Assembly: GCA_963749595.1 (NCBI GenBank)
Contig: CAVVNJ010000001.1
Span: forward strand, 67,376 to 115,997
DNA: 48,622 nucleotides
Origin: Candidatus Woesebacteria bacterium
GTDB lineage: Bacteria; Patescibacteriota; Microgenomatia; UBA1400; UBA1396
Direction: 5' to 3'
Position 1 is the stretch's first letter. Every line of letters begins with the position of its first letter. Both the position numbers and the translations under genes were made by a program. Shown in pieces: positions 18,932 through 27,490 of the stretch. Under the pieces are notes generated by a model, which ran no database searches, had not been told where the DNA came from, and saw nothing but the letters and a program-made list of their open reading frames with translations.

Positions 18932-19627
18932 ATGAAGAGTACCAACGCATCACAATTTACTTCGAGTTATAAGGATTGGAACAAAGCCCAAGAGCAACAA
19001 GTTGCTGATTCTATTGATAAAGAGGTAAGTAGCTATATTCCTGATGACGATTTCTATACGGAGGCATTTAAAGCCTATGTATCTGAAAATATATCAAACC
19101 TATGGACCGAATTTGAAAATGGTTTAATGTATTGCGAATCTCCCATTGAAAAGATGATGATGGCTGCATTGGCAATAGTCGGTGGTCGTCAGGTATTTGT
19201 TGGTTTTAAAGTAAAGAAAATGTACTTTGGTAGAGATGTAGAGAGTTCCGCAGAACATTTATTAATTGCGCCCCAGGCGGAATTAGGTAGTTATAGAGTA
19301 GATTTTTTGCTGACGATGACAATTATTGCTCCAAAATTTGAATTGATTGATGGTGAATCGAAGGCGACAGGAGACAATAAGGTAATAAAACAAATGATTT
19401 TAGAATGTGATGGACATGATTATCATGAGCGCACAAAGGAACAGGCAAAGAATGACAGGACTAGGGATCGGACTCTCCAACAATTAGGTTATTTAGTGTT
19501 TCGATATACTGGCTCCGAGATCTGGGAAGACGTTTTTAAATGTGCACAAGATGCCGTAAATACTTTATATAAGCAAACTAACGATGAAGCTTGGGGTTTT
19601 AAAGACGAGAAGACTCAAACTGACTAG
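18932..19627 (+). CDS. DUF559 / Vsr-like endonuclease domain protein
   Basis: ESPIE, YRVDF, LECDGHDYHERTKEQAKNDRTRDRTLQQLGYLVFRYTGSEIW. Confidence 0.8.
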   Translation: MKSTNASQFTSSYKDWNKAQEQQVADSIDKEVSSYIPDDDFYTEAFKAYVSENISNLWTEFENGLMYCESPIEKMMMAALAIVGGRQVFVGFKVKKMYFGRDVESSAEHLLIAPQAELGSYRVDFLLTMTIIAPKFELIDGESKATGDNKVIKQMILECDGHDYHERTKEQAKNDRTRDRTLQQLGYLVFRYTGSEIWEDVFKCAQDAVNTLYKQTNDEAWGFKDEKTQTD

Positions 19628-19635
19628 CAAAACCC

Positions 19636-20127
19636 CTAAGGCTTTCTAAAATTGAGTAAGGCTTGGTCAATCTCTGGAGTAGTTGTCCAAGGCTTCAGGG
19701 TCTTGGGAATGTGGAGAAAGGTGTATTGAGAGCGAAGCTCACCTTGGTTGATTAGTTTCATTATTTTCCAGCTAATCTGGTTGCAATAGGAATTGCCGAT
19801 GGCTTTAGCGTATTTCATGGCCTCTGTTGGTTTGAGAAACGGCTTTATTTCTACCTCGGTGTATTGATCGCCATCGACCAAGTCGTTGCGGAATTGATTG
19901 GAACAGATCGTCTCGATGCGAATTTTATCCTGGTCAACACCGGAGTATGATCCCAAACCGAGGACATACGGTGGCTGATCATGGAGAAGCATATCTAGAT
20001 ACTTGTCTAGGTTGTTTGGAAAAACCAAGTAACAACAATCGATATTTTTCAATCGGTATAACAATCGGCCGGTACTGCTCAGGGCAAAACCATATACCTG
20101 CTTGCTTAATGTTGGCAATTCGTCCAT
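19636..20127 (-). CDS. Pyroglutamyl-peptidase I (C15)-like protein
   Basis: PPYVLGLG, IRIE (Glu), GNSYCN (Cys), FLHIP (His). Confidence 0.55.
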   Translation of the reverse strand: MDELPTLSKQVYGFALSSTGRLLYRLKNIDCCYLVFPNNLDKYLDMLLHDQPPYVLGLGSYSGVDQDKIRIETICSNQFRNDLVDGDQYTEVEIKPFLKPTEAMKYAKAIGNSYCNQISWKIMKLINQGELRSQYTFLHIPKTLKPWTTTPEIDQALLNFRKP

Positions 20128-20172
20128 GACGTTATAGTACCAAGTCTTGACAAGATTTTGAAATCAAAGTAT

Positions 20173-20732
20173 CTACGCTTGCAGAAAACGGTGGATTTCC
20201 TTCGCTGTGTACTCTGGGTATTCGAGCTCTGTGGTCCAGTCAGTTGTCCGAAATTGTGACCATTTCTCGAGCCAAGCTTGACGATCAGAGAAATCCAGAA
20301 GCATATCAAAGGGTTTTTGTGCTTCGTATAGCACCTTTTTACCTTCTATTCGTAGGTTCGATAGTACAAGCTTGATAAGTTGCCGTCTTTCTTCGACTTC
20401 TGAACTCCTAAACAGCTCATACGCTCGTTGGGTAAGGTCTACCAGATATGTAGCGGTTACAAAGTAGCTGTCTTCAGCTTCTTTGAGTAAGGCTAAGCGG
20501 GTGTCCACATCGGCTTCTTGTTCCTGGAACGATTGAAAGAATTTGTCATATTGATCGTCAGTAATTCGTCAGTAATACGCCCCTTCAGTTTGTCCAAATA
20601 AAGATTGTCTTTCATTGTGGTGAGTGCTTTTTGTTTCTTGGTAAGTTCTTCGTATTGTTGGTTGTGAAAATCCATCTTGGCCTCATGGGTTTGAGTCAAT
20701 CCTTCGAGAATTTGTTTCAGTACGTCATCTGG
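20173..20732 (-). pseudogene. Large serine recombinase C, C-terminal remnant, frameshifted by an 11-bp tandem duplication
   Basis: PDDVLKQILEGL..., LYLDKLKGRIT, ERRQLIKLVLSNL, QKPFDML, WLEKWSQFRT. TCGTCAGTAAT duplicated at 20555-20576. Confidence 0.8.
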
Positions 20733-21073
20733 TCGGCTTTAGAAAAATCAAAGTTGGCCGAGGTGAGGACCAGGTTGATTTGAAAATTCGTTAGATTTGT
20801 GGCATAACTGGTGTTATCGATCGTAATTGAGCGGCGATACTTCCAGCTTGTGCTGTACCAATTGCTAGTAGTCTTTAACTGAACTTGACCGGAAGAAAAT
20901 TCAACTAGTGAGTTGTTATAGGTATAATCACCGGCCGCAGAAAAATCCCACGTTTTAGTAGCGGCAGAGGTGACTGACGCCACGCCAAAAAAGATCAACC
21001 AGCTAAAGATATAGACTAATAATTTTAGTTTAGAAACAGAAATTATTCGCATATTTAGCATATTATTTCGCAA
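20717..21073 (-). pseudogene. N-terminal fragment of a DUF2341-type surface protein, truncated at a fusion with recombinase C
   Basis: Signal-like N-terminus; WYSTSWKYRRSITIDNT...NLTNFQINLVLTSANFDFSKA, then an out-of-frame run into recombinase DNA at about 20733. Confidence 0.6.
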
Positions 21074-21120
21074 ATAAGGGGTCTATGACCAATATACTTC
21101 TCAGCCAAGAAACGTACAAG

Positions 21121-21504
21121 CTATAAGTGATCTTCTTTATCCTCGTCAGCTTCTTGCCTAGTTTTGTGGACGGTGCCATCTTTATGATGTGGTGGAGAAT
21201 AGACAGTATATAGTTTCAAAAGTTTCTCGGCAGAAGTGTTAATGACATTGTGCTCTGTACCGGCCGGCACTACAAATGCATCACCATCTTTAATCAAATG
21301 TTCCTCGCCGTTCATGATGACTTTGCCTTCACCAGCTTCCACACGCAAAAATTGATCGACAATTTCGTGGATTTCCATGCCGATATCTTCATTTGGTTTC
21401 AGGGACATCGCTACCAACTGGGCATGCTGACCAGTATATAAAACCTGGCGGAAATACTCGTTTTTGAGAGTTATTTCTTCGATATTTTGCAGATAGCCGG
21501 TCAT
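21121..21504 (-). CDS. Cupin domain protein (mannose-6-phosphate isomerase-like)
   Basis: IGMEIHEIVDQFLRVEAGEG...VVPAGTEHNVIN...LYTVYSPPHH. Confidence 0.9.
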   Translation of the reverse strand: MTGYLQNIEEITLKNEYFRQVLYTGQHAQLVAMSLKPNEDIGMEIHEIVDQFLRVEAGEGKVIMNGEEHLIKDGDAFVVPAGTEHNVINTSAEKLLKLYTVYSPPHHKDGTVHKTRQEADEDKEDHL

Positions 21505-21707
21505 ATACTTCTCCCTTTTAATTTAATAGTACAATTATGATGGTTAAAAGAAGCCTACGAATTTAGAAGTTAGGTATAGATAATCAAGCTATGATCCAAG
21601 GTTGGCTGGATTATCGCCCCCGTAGTGTTGATATGGATTTGCTACAAAAAGGGTGAGAAACCACATTGGAGTTGGGGCAATCCACAAAAACCAGTAAAGA
21701 AATAATT

Positions 21708-22331
21708 ATGAAGCTCTACCTATCCTCCTACAAACTCGGCAATCATCCACAGTCCCTGGCCAACCTAATCGGTAAAAATAAAAAGATCGCCATCATCCCC
21801 AACGCCCTCGACGTCTACACCGACCTGGAAAGACGCGCCGACACTCTGCAGCGCGAAAGAGAAGGCCTCTTGCAAATCGGCCTAAAACCTGAGGAGTTAG
21901 ACCTAATAAATTACTTTGGCCAACCGGACAATCTGAACAAGAAGCTCTCCGAGTTCGGCGCTGTCTGGGTCTTAGGTGGCAACACCTTTGCCCTGCGCCG
22001 GGCATTCCAGGAAACCGGAATGGATGTTTGGTTGCAAGAGCATCGGGACGATGCAAATTTCGTTTATGCTGGCTACAGCGCCGGAGTCTGCGTTCTTTCG
22101 CCCAGCCTCGTCGGTTTAGAAACCGTCGACGAACCTCATTTAATTCCCAGTGGTTATAAACCGGAAATCATCTGGGAGGGGATCGGCCTGATTGATTTTG
22201 CCTTTGCCCCTCATTACCAGTCGGATCATCCGGAATCCGCAGCCGTTAACGACGAAGTCGAGTATTACAAGAAACATGGGATCAAATATCGGACGCTTCA
22301 TGACGGAGAAGTGATCATCATTGGCGAGTAG
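21708..22331 (+). CDS. Peptidase S51 (peptidase E-like)
   Basis: MKLYLSS, GGNTF, GYSAG nucleophile, PHY; start set at ATG 21708. Confidence 0.85.
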   Translation: MKLYLSSYKLGNHPQSLANLIGKNKKIAIIPNALDVYTDLERRADTLQREREGLLQIGLKPEELDLINYFGQPDNLNKKLSEFGAVWVLGGNTFALRRAFQETGMDVWLQEHRDDANFVYAGYSAGVCVLSPSLVGLETVDEPHLIPSGYKPEIIWEGIGLIDFAFAPHYQSDHPESAAVNDEVEYYKKHGIKYRTLHDGEVIIIGE

Positions 22332-22440
22332 GTCCCTTAAACTCAGCTAGCTCCATTTCGTACTTAATACAAAATGGTTGGAAAGATTATTGAACAACGT
22401 GCGGAAAGTAGCTAAGCTTAAATGATTAAGACTGGATACT

Positions 22441-22641
22441 ATGACTAAGAAAACCATAACGATAACTTTACTAGTGATCGCGGGTATTTACTTTTTAGCT
22501 TTTCACACCTCACCGTTTCCCTTTAGCCACGAAGCGATCGGGTTGCCTCCATATCATCTGCTTCACGCTGCCTTCGGGTTAGTTCTATTGATAACTGCTG
22601 GCTATCTATCCAAGCATTCTGGTCGCTCAAAAAAACAGTAG
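22441..22641 (+). CDS. Small membrane protein
   Basis: Two hydrophobic segments, His-containing. Confidence 0.55.
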   Translation: MTKKTITITLLVIAGIYFLAFHTSPFPFSHEAIGLPPYHLLHAAFGLVLLITAGYLSKHSGRSKKQ

Positions 22642-23373
22642 TTTTACCACCGACACCATCACTAAGAAGTAAAACACCCGCTTCACCCATTCATCGCCTT
22701 TTTTGATGGCGAGGTGGGCGCCGATATATCCCCCAATCGTCATGCCGACCAGCAAAACAACGCCTAATTTATAGTTAACAATTCCATTCTGGGCAAAGAT
22801 GAATAACGAGATGAGTGAAAGGAAAAACCAGGGAATAATTTTCGTCGCGGTGGCTTCCAAAATGGTCAACCCAAAACAGTACATGAGAGTGTAGGCGATC
22901 AAAATACCAGTGCCGCCGCCGAAGAATGAGGCGAAGATCTGAACCAAAAAGTAGATCAGGGAACCAAAAAATATTCGCAAGCCACTCACTTGATTGTGTT
23001 TTACTCCCAAATTCCTCTTGAGGACTGTCAGGGGAAGGAGTGCCAACAATATGACCCCGATGACGTTATGGAGCAGGGCCGGACTAATGTTTACCAGAAC
23101 ATAGGCGCCGATAACCGAACCAACCGAGCTGATCACCGACAGCAGCGGAACATATTGCCAGGCAATTTTTTGCGAACGGGAGAACTTGTAAAAGGCGGCC
23201 AGGGTTTGCCCCAAGCCACCGAATCGCTCGGTGGCTACCGCTACCTGAGGAGGCAGGCCCAGCAGCATCAGTAACGGAAGAGAAAGCAGCGTTCCACCGC
23301 CAACCATCGTGCCAAAAACACTCGCAAAAATGCCAATTAAAAATACCGAGACCAGCAGCAATACTTCCGACAT
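22627..23373 (-). CDS. TauE/SafE sulfite exporter family membrane protein
   Basis: GTMVGGGTLLSLP, GLPPQVAVAT, FFGGGTG, GGYIGAHLAIKKG; multi-TM. Start could be 23391. Confidence 0.88.
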   Translation of the reverse strand: MSEVLLLVSVFLIGIFASVFGTMVGGGTLLSLPLLMLLGLPPQVAVATERFGGLGQTLAAFYKFSRSQKIAWQYVPLLSVISSVGSVIGAYVLVNISPALLHNVIGVILLALLPLTVLKRNLGVKHNQVSGLRIFFGSLIYFLVQIFASFFGGGTGILIAYTLMYCFGLTILEATATKIIPWFFLSLISLFIFAQNGIVNYKLGVVLLVGMTIGGYIGAHLAIKKGDEWVKRVFYFLVMVSVVKLLFF

Positions 23374-23666
23374 GCACTCCAGACCTAGCAAACACTAATG
23401 AACTGAGATTATCTCATCTTATAGCAAAAATATTATAGAATGATTGCATATGGACAAGGATCAAGATTTAGCCAGATTATCAATCTATTGATCGGGTAGG
23501 TAGTGATTTGAAGCCAGTTGTAAGTAATTGGGAACAATCAGGCATTAAAATGCTATATACCGGGGTCGATCCTTGGAAAGACAGCGACCGAGGAGTGAGG
23601 CGGAATCTTGATGTTGAAGACCGCTGGTGAATATGCTTTACTAACTAAAATTAACCAGGGGAGTAT

Positions 23667-24047
23667 ATGGCAAAATACGTTGACGGGTTCGTGCTGGTGG
23701 TACCGAAAGACAAAACTGAAGAGTACAAAAAAATGGCCGAGCAAGGTCGAGACCTGTGGCTGAAGCATGGCGCCCTCGCCTACTATGAATGCCGGGGTGA
23801 CGATTTCTCTCAGCAAGAAATGGGCGACCAGAAAACGCGCGCCTTCCCGGAAATGGCCGGAGCCAAAAAAAACGAGCTAGTCTGGTTTTCATTCATTGTT
23901 TTTGAATCCAAAAAACATCGGAATGAGGTCAACGCCGAAGTCATGAAAGAAATGAGTCAGCCCCAGAAAAACTACCAAGAGATATCCGTGCCGTTTGACA
24001 TGAGTCGCATGGCATATGGTGGTTTCCAAGTTGAAGTCGAAGCCTAA
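23667..24047 (+). CDS. DUF1428 (YbaA-like) protein
   Basis: YVDGFVLVVP...HGALAYYEC, WFSFI.FESKKHR, PFDMSRMAYGGF. Confidence 0.9.
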   Translation: MAKYVDGFVLVVPKDKTEEYKKMAEQGRDLWLKHGALAYYECRGDDFSQQEMGDQKTRAFPEMAGAKKNELVWFSFIVFESKKHRNEVNAEVMKEMSQPQKNYQEISVPFDMSRMAYGGFQVEVEA

Positions 24048-24052
24048 TACCA

Positions 24053-24523
24053 TCAATTTAACACCACGATCCCCGCATTAAGCAGTGTGGCGAAGCTCAC
24101 CCACAAGAGATAGGGGATTAGCAGATAAAACGCTGTTCTTGATAGTGGATAAAATTTTCGCATCGTCATGATAATCATCGCCCACAGGGCAACAATTACC
24201 CCCAACCCCAGCAGCGGGGATCTTAGCCCAAAGAAAATCGGCGACCAGATAAAGTTTAGCCCCAGCTGGGCCAGAAAATACTTCCCGGCAATCTTGACCG
24301 GCTTCTTTTTCCAGCCCTGCCGCCAAATCAGATAGAACGCCACGCCCATCAGAAAATAGAGTAGGGTCCAAGCTGGACCAAAAATCCAGTTTGGTGGCGC
24401 GAAGCTGGGTTTACTGAGGGTAGCATACCAACCTGGAATAGCGGAGATGGTGAACGGCGTGCCAAGTATCCCGACCAATTCACAACCAACCACGGAAACA
24501 ATTAGCTTGGGCAGAGCTTTCAT
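24053..24523 (-). CDS. tspO: TspO/MBR tryptophan-rich sensory protein
   Basis: WYATLSKPSFAPPNWIFGPAWT, QLGLNFIWSPIFF, LLIPYLLWVSFATLLN. Confidence 0.93.
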   Translation of the reverse strand: MKALPKLIVSVVGCELVGILGTPFTISAIPGWYATLSKPSFAPPNWIFGPAWTLLYFLMGVAFYLIWRQGWKKKPVKIAGKYFLAQLGLNFIWSPIFFGLRSPLLGLGVIVALWAMIIMTMRKFYPLSRTAFYLLIPYLLWVSFATLLNAGIVVLN

Positions 24524-24544
24524 CTACCTGTAGTATAACCTAAG

Positions 24545-25300
24545 ATGACACTCACTGCAGCCGCTTATCAAGGATCGGCCTTGTATGGCGAAGTTAAAAG
24601 ATCTCTTCAGGTAATTAAAGACGTTGTGCAATGGGCGGAAGACAGTCGGGTCGATATTCTTTGTTTTCCGGAATGCTTTCTTCCGGGTTATATCCTAGAA
24701 GAAAATCGGGCACAAGAGATGAGTTTAGCCTTAGATTCTCAGGACTTCGAGTCAGTCTTAAAAGCGCTTAAAACTGAAAATACCACCATAATTCTGGGAC
24801 TAATCGAGCGTGAAAAAGATAAAATATTTAATACTGCGGTGGTGATCGAAAAAGGCAGGTTAGTCGGAAAATACCGAAAGCATTTTATTCACCATAAAGA
24901 AACAATTTTTACCCCTGGAACAGATTTTCCAATTTTCGATAAAAATGGCATTAAATATGGCATTAACATCTGCTACGACTCTCGGTTTCCAGAAACAGCC
25001 GAAAAGCTGGTCAAACAAGGGGCGCAAATCATCTTCTGTCCCCTTAATAATAGCTTGCCACATACCAAAGCCGTTGAATGGCAAAATAAGCATCTCGAAT
25101 ACTTAAGAACTAAGGCCAAAACGAGCGGGTGTTGGATTATGTCCGCGGATGTTGTTGAAAGCTCAGCGGCCAACACCGGATACGGCTGCACCAGTCTGGT
25201 CAGCCCGAAAGGCGAGGTAATTGAGTATCTTGAACATCTCAAGGTAGGAAAGTTTAGCCACACTATACAATTTATTTCCGGGACAAGACATGAAAACTGA
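24545..25300 (+). CDS. Carbon-nitrogen hydrolase (nitrilase superfamily)
   Basis: E-K-C triad: FPECFLPGY, YRKH, ICYD. Confidence 0.9.
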   Translation: MTLTAAAYQGSALYGEVKRSLQVIKDVVQWAEDSRVDILCFPECFLPGYILEENRAQEMSLALDSQDFESVLKALKTENTTIILGLIEREKDKIFNTAVVIEKGRLVGKYRKHFIHHKETIFTPGTDFPIFDKNGIKYGINICYDSRFPETAEKLVKQGAQIIFCPLNNSLPHTKAVEWQNKHLEYLRTKAKTSGCWIMSADVVESSAANTGYGCTSLVSPKGEVIEYLEHLKVGKFSHTIQFISGTRHEN

Positions 25301-25562
25301 ACCGACTCATTACATATATTTGGTGCTCTGTTCTGACCACACCTATTACTGCGGCTATACCACCGATCTTGATCGAAGGATAAAAGAACATAATGAATCG
25401 GCTCGAAAAGGGGCCAAATACACCCGCCCGCGCCGACCGGTAGAACTAAAGTATGCTGAAAAATTTTCCACCAAGAGCGAGGCCCTGCGGCGGGAATACC
25501 AAATTAAGCAACTGCCCCAGGAGGCGAAAAGAAAATTAACCGAAAATGCCTCTCTGGTATAG
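25290..25562 (+). CDS. GIY-YIG nuclease (UPF0213 / YazA-like)
   Basis: YIYLVLCSDHTYYCGYTTDLDRRIKEHN..GAKYTR.RRPVEL, EALRREYQIK. Confidence 0.9.
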   Translation: MKTEPTHYIYLVLCSDHTYYCGYTTDLDRRIKEHNESARKGAKYTRPRRPVELKYAEKFSTKSEALRREYQIKQLPQEAKRKLTENASLV

Positions 25563-25571
25563 TAAGAACAT

Positions 25572-25973
25572 ATGTTGCGCTATATCGCGATTTCTGTCTC
25601 TAGCGGCCTGATTTTGGGATTTCTGGATGGCTTGATTAACGCCAATCCTTATGCCCAAAAGCTGTTCGCAGTTTACAAACCCATCGCCAAAAGCTCAGTC
25701 AATATCGCCTTGGGGTTTGGAATCGACATTCTTTACGGTTTCGTAATGGCTGGCGTATTCCTCTTGGTTCATAAAAGCCTGCCGGGGCAAACCGCGTTAC
25801 TAAAAGGACTGAGTTTTGGCTTGATCGTTTCCTTTTTCAGTGTGGTGATGCACGTCTTTTCCCAATTGGTAATGTTTAGAGTACCGCCCAAAGCCTTAAT
25901 TTATATGTTTTTGACGGGCCTGGCGGAGATGTTGATGATCAGCCTCTTTTTAAGCCTGACTCTAAAAATCTAA
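25572..25973 (+). CDS. Hypothetical multi-pass membrane protein
   Basis: Four hydrophobic segments; LPG...KGLSFG. Confidence 0.7.
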   Translation: MLRYIAISVSSGLILGFLDGLINANPYAQKLFAVYKPIAKSSVNIALGFGIDILYGFVMAGVFLLVHKSLPGQTALLKGLSFGLIVSFFSVVMHVFSQLVMFRVPPKALIYMFLTGLAEMLMISLFLSLTLKI

Positions 25974-26031
25974 CTCCGATCGCCTGAATGAATCGCAGGC
26001 AGATTTCTCCCTAATTGGTTATACTGAGCTC

Positions 26032-26481
26032 ATGACAAATTTGGACAACGGCAAGGACACTTTTGACTTTCTCGCCTTTGAGCAGGAGAAGGGGAGGCGT
26101 AATTTGGAGCGAGCCGCCATCGAGCCATTCTGGCGCATCATCTCTGAATTGGGTTATTCTGAGACACCAGCCATGATTACCCTTAGAGAAGATTTTGCTC
26201 AACAAAGGCCGGAAGATCCTCAGCAGGTAAAGGATATGGTCGGGACGTACCTTGATCTGGGTCAACCTTTAGTGACCAACGAGCAAACTGAATTAGCTTT
26301 TAATCTACTATTATTCCTATTCTATCTTCCCAGACAGTCTGAATTTGTCCAAAAGTGTTTCTGGTATGCTGGCAAAGACGTACTGATGCAGGCCCCATGC
26401 ATTGATGCTGTACTCTCGGAAGATCTAACCAGCTTGATCGGAAAGCTATCTGCTGACGAACGGCTCGCTGACGAAGACTGA
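26032..26481 (+). CDS. Hypothetical protein
   Basis: 149-aa ORF with TATACT-N6-ATG upstream. Confidence 0.65.
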   Translation: MTNLDNGKDTFDFLAFEQEKGRRNLERAAIEPFWRIISELGYSETPAMITLREDFAQQRPEDPQQVKDMVGTYLDLGQPLVTNEQTELAFNLLLFLFYLPRQSEFVQKCFWYAGKDVLMQAPCIDAVLSEDLTSLIGKLSADERLADED

Positions 26482-26958
26482 TAAATTGGCAAACGGCGCG
26501 GCCTCACTCTCCGGTCCCAGCAACCGATTCGTGGAATAACGGAAGATAACCACCTCAGTTTTTCCGTTTTCTTTTTTAACGTAACCCCAATTAGAAGCCC
26601 CGGGACCGTCCGCGGCCAGGTTAATATCCTCGGAAAAGCCGAGTCTGGCCAGATAATCCTGGTCCTCAAGATTGCGACTAATGCTCTTGTCGCTGCCCTT
26701 GATTTCCCCCTCAACCGTCATTCCCGAAACGGAACCATAGGGTGTATCTTCCACGCTCACTTGGGCGTTACCCCAGGTAGCGGCGGGCACCCAGAGGGCT
26801 AGCTGAGAGAAGATCGGGGAAAGGGCCGCGGCGGGAGTAGGGGCGGAGACTTCCGTGGCAGCCGGAGCCGCACCACCAACAGAACCGGGATTTCCAGGGG
26901 AGGAGCAACCCGACAAGGCGAAAGCCGCAACACCGATGAAGAGAAGATATTGTTTCAT
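26446..26958 (-). CDS. Putative lipoprotein
   Basis: MKQYLLFIGVAAFALSGC lipobox, followed by a Pro/Ala linker. Confidence 0.7.
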   Translation of the reverse strand: MKQYLLFIGVAAFALSGCSSPGNPGSVGGAAPAATEVSAPTPAAALSPIFSQLALWVPAATWGNAQVSVEDTPYGSVSGMTVEGEIKGSDKSISRNLEDQDYLARLGFSEDINLAADGPGASNWGYVKKENGKTEVVIFRYSTNRLLGPESEAAPFANLSVFVSEPFVSR

Positions 26959-27030
26959 GTTTCCAGCTTAGCATCTTTGGCGTTGCCGTTATAATTAAGC
27001 AACGTCATGAAATTAATAAAGGAATGCATT

Positions 27031-27477
27031 ATGCCAGCCGCCAAGCCTAAGAAGTTCACCGGATTTACCGAAGAAGAGCGGGAAGCAATAAAAAATCGCG
27101 CCAAGGAACTGGCGGCAGAAGCCCGATCCGACAAGAGTCGGGGGCAGGGGGAAAGCGACGTGCTCCAAGCTATCGCCGCGATGCCAGAGCCAGATCGCTC
27201 CATGGCCAAGCAAATTCACGCGATCATCAAGAAGAACGCGCCTAGCCTTGCGCCAAAAACTTGGTATGGCTTCCCCGCCTATGCCAAGGACGGCAAGGTC
27301 GTTTGTTTCTTCCAAAGCGCCGCTAAATTCAAGACCCGTTATGCCACCTTGGGTTTCAACGACGTCGCGAACCTCGACGAGGGCGCGATGTGGCCAACCG
27401 CTTTCGCTCTCAAGAAGTTGACCACCGCCGAAGAGACCAAGATTGCAGCGCTGGTGCAACAGGCGGTTAATTCTTGA
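27031..27477 (+). CDS. DUF1801 (YdhG-like) protein
   Basis: [50 protein letters not shown]. Start could be 27007. Confidence 0.88.
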   Translation: MPAAKPKKFTGFTEEEREAIKNRAKELAAEARSDKSRGQGESDVLQAIAAMPEPDRSMAKQIHAIIKKNAPSLAPKTWYGFPAYAKDGKVVCFFQSAAKFKTRYATLGFNDVANLDEGAMWPTAFALKKLTTAEETKIAALVQQAVNS

Positions 27478-27490
27478 TATAATTTCAATA

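Larger units (their letters stand above)
7624..20268. mobile_element. Integrative element B (approximate extent) with metabolic and defence cargo
   Basis: Left end carries the tRNA 3' end inside recombinase B. Cargo is visibly AT-richer than the flanks. The right boundary is inferred at the GAGCCA in recombinase remnant C. Confidence 0.55.

Noticed and set aside
21530-21700. Riboswitch or ncRNA between the cupin and peptidase S51 genes
   Set aside because: No recognisable conserved motif or convincing stem set by eye.
27013-27459. 148-aa minus-strand ORF
   Set aside because: Fully antisense to the well-supported DUF1801 gene.
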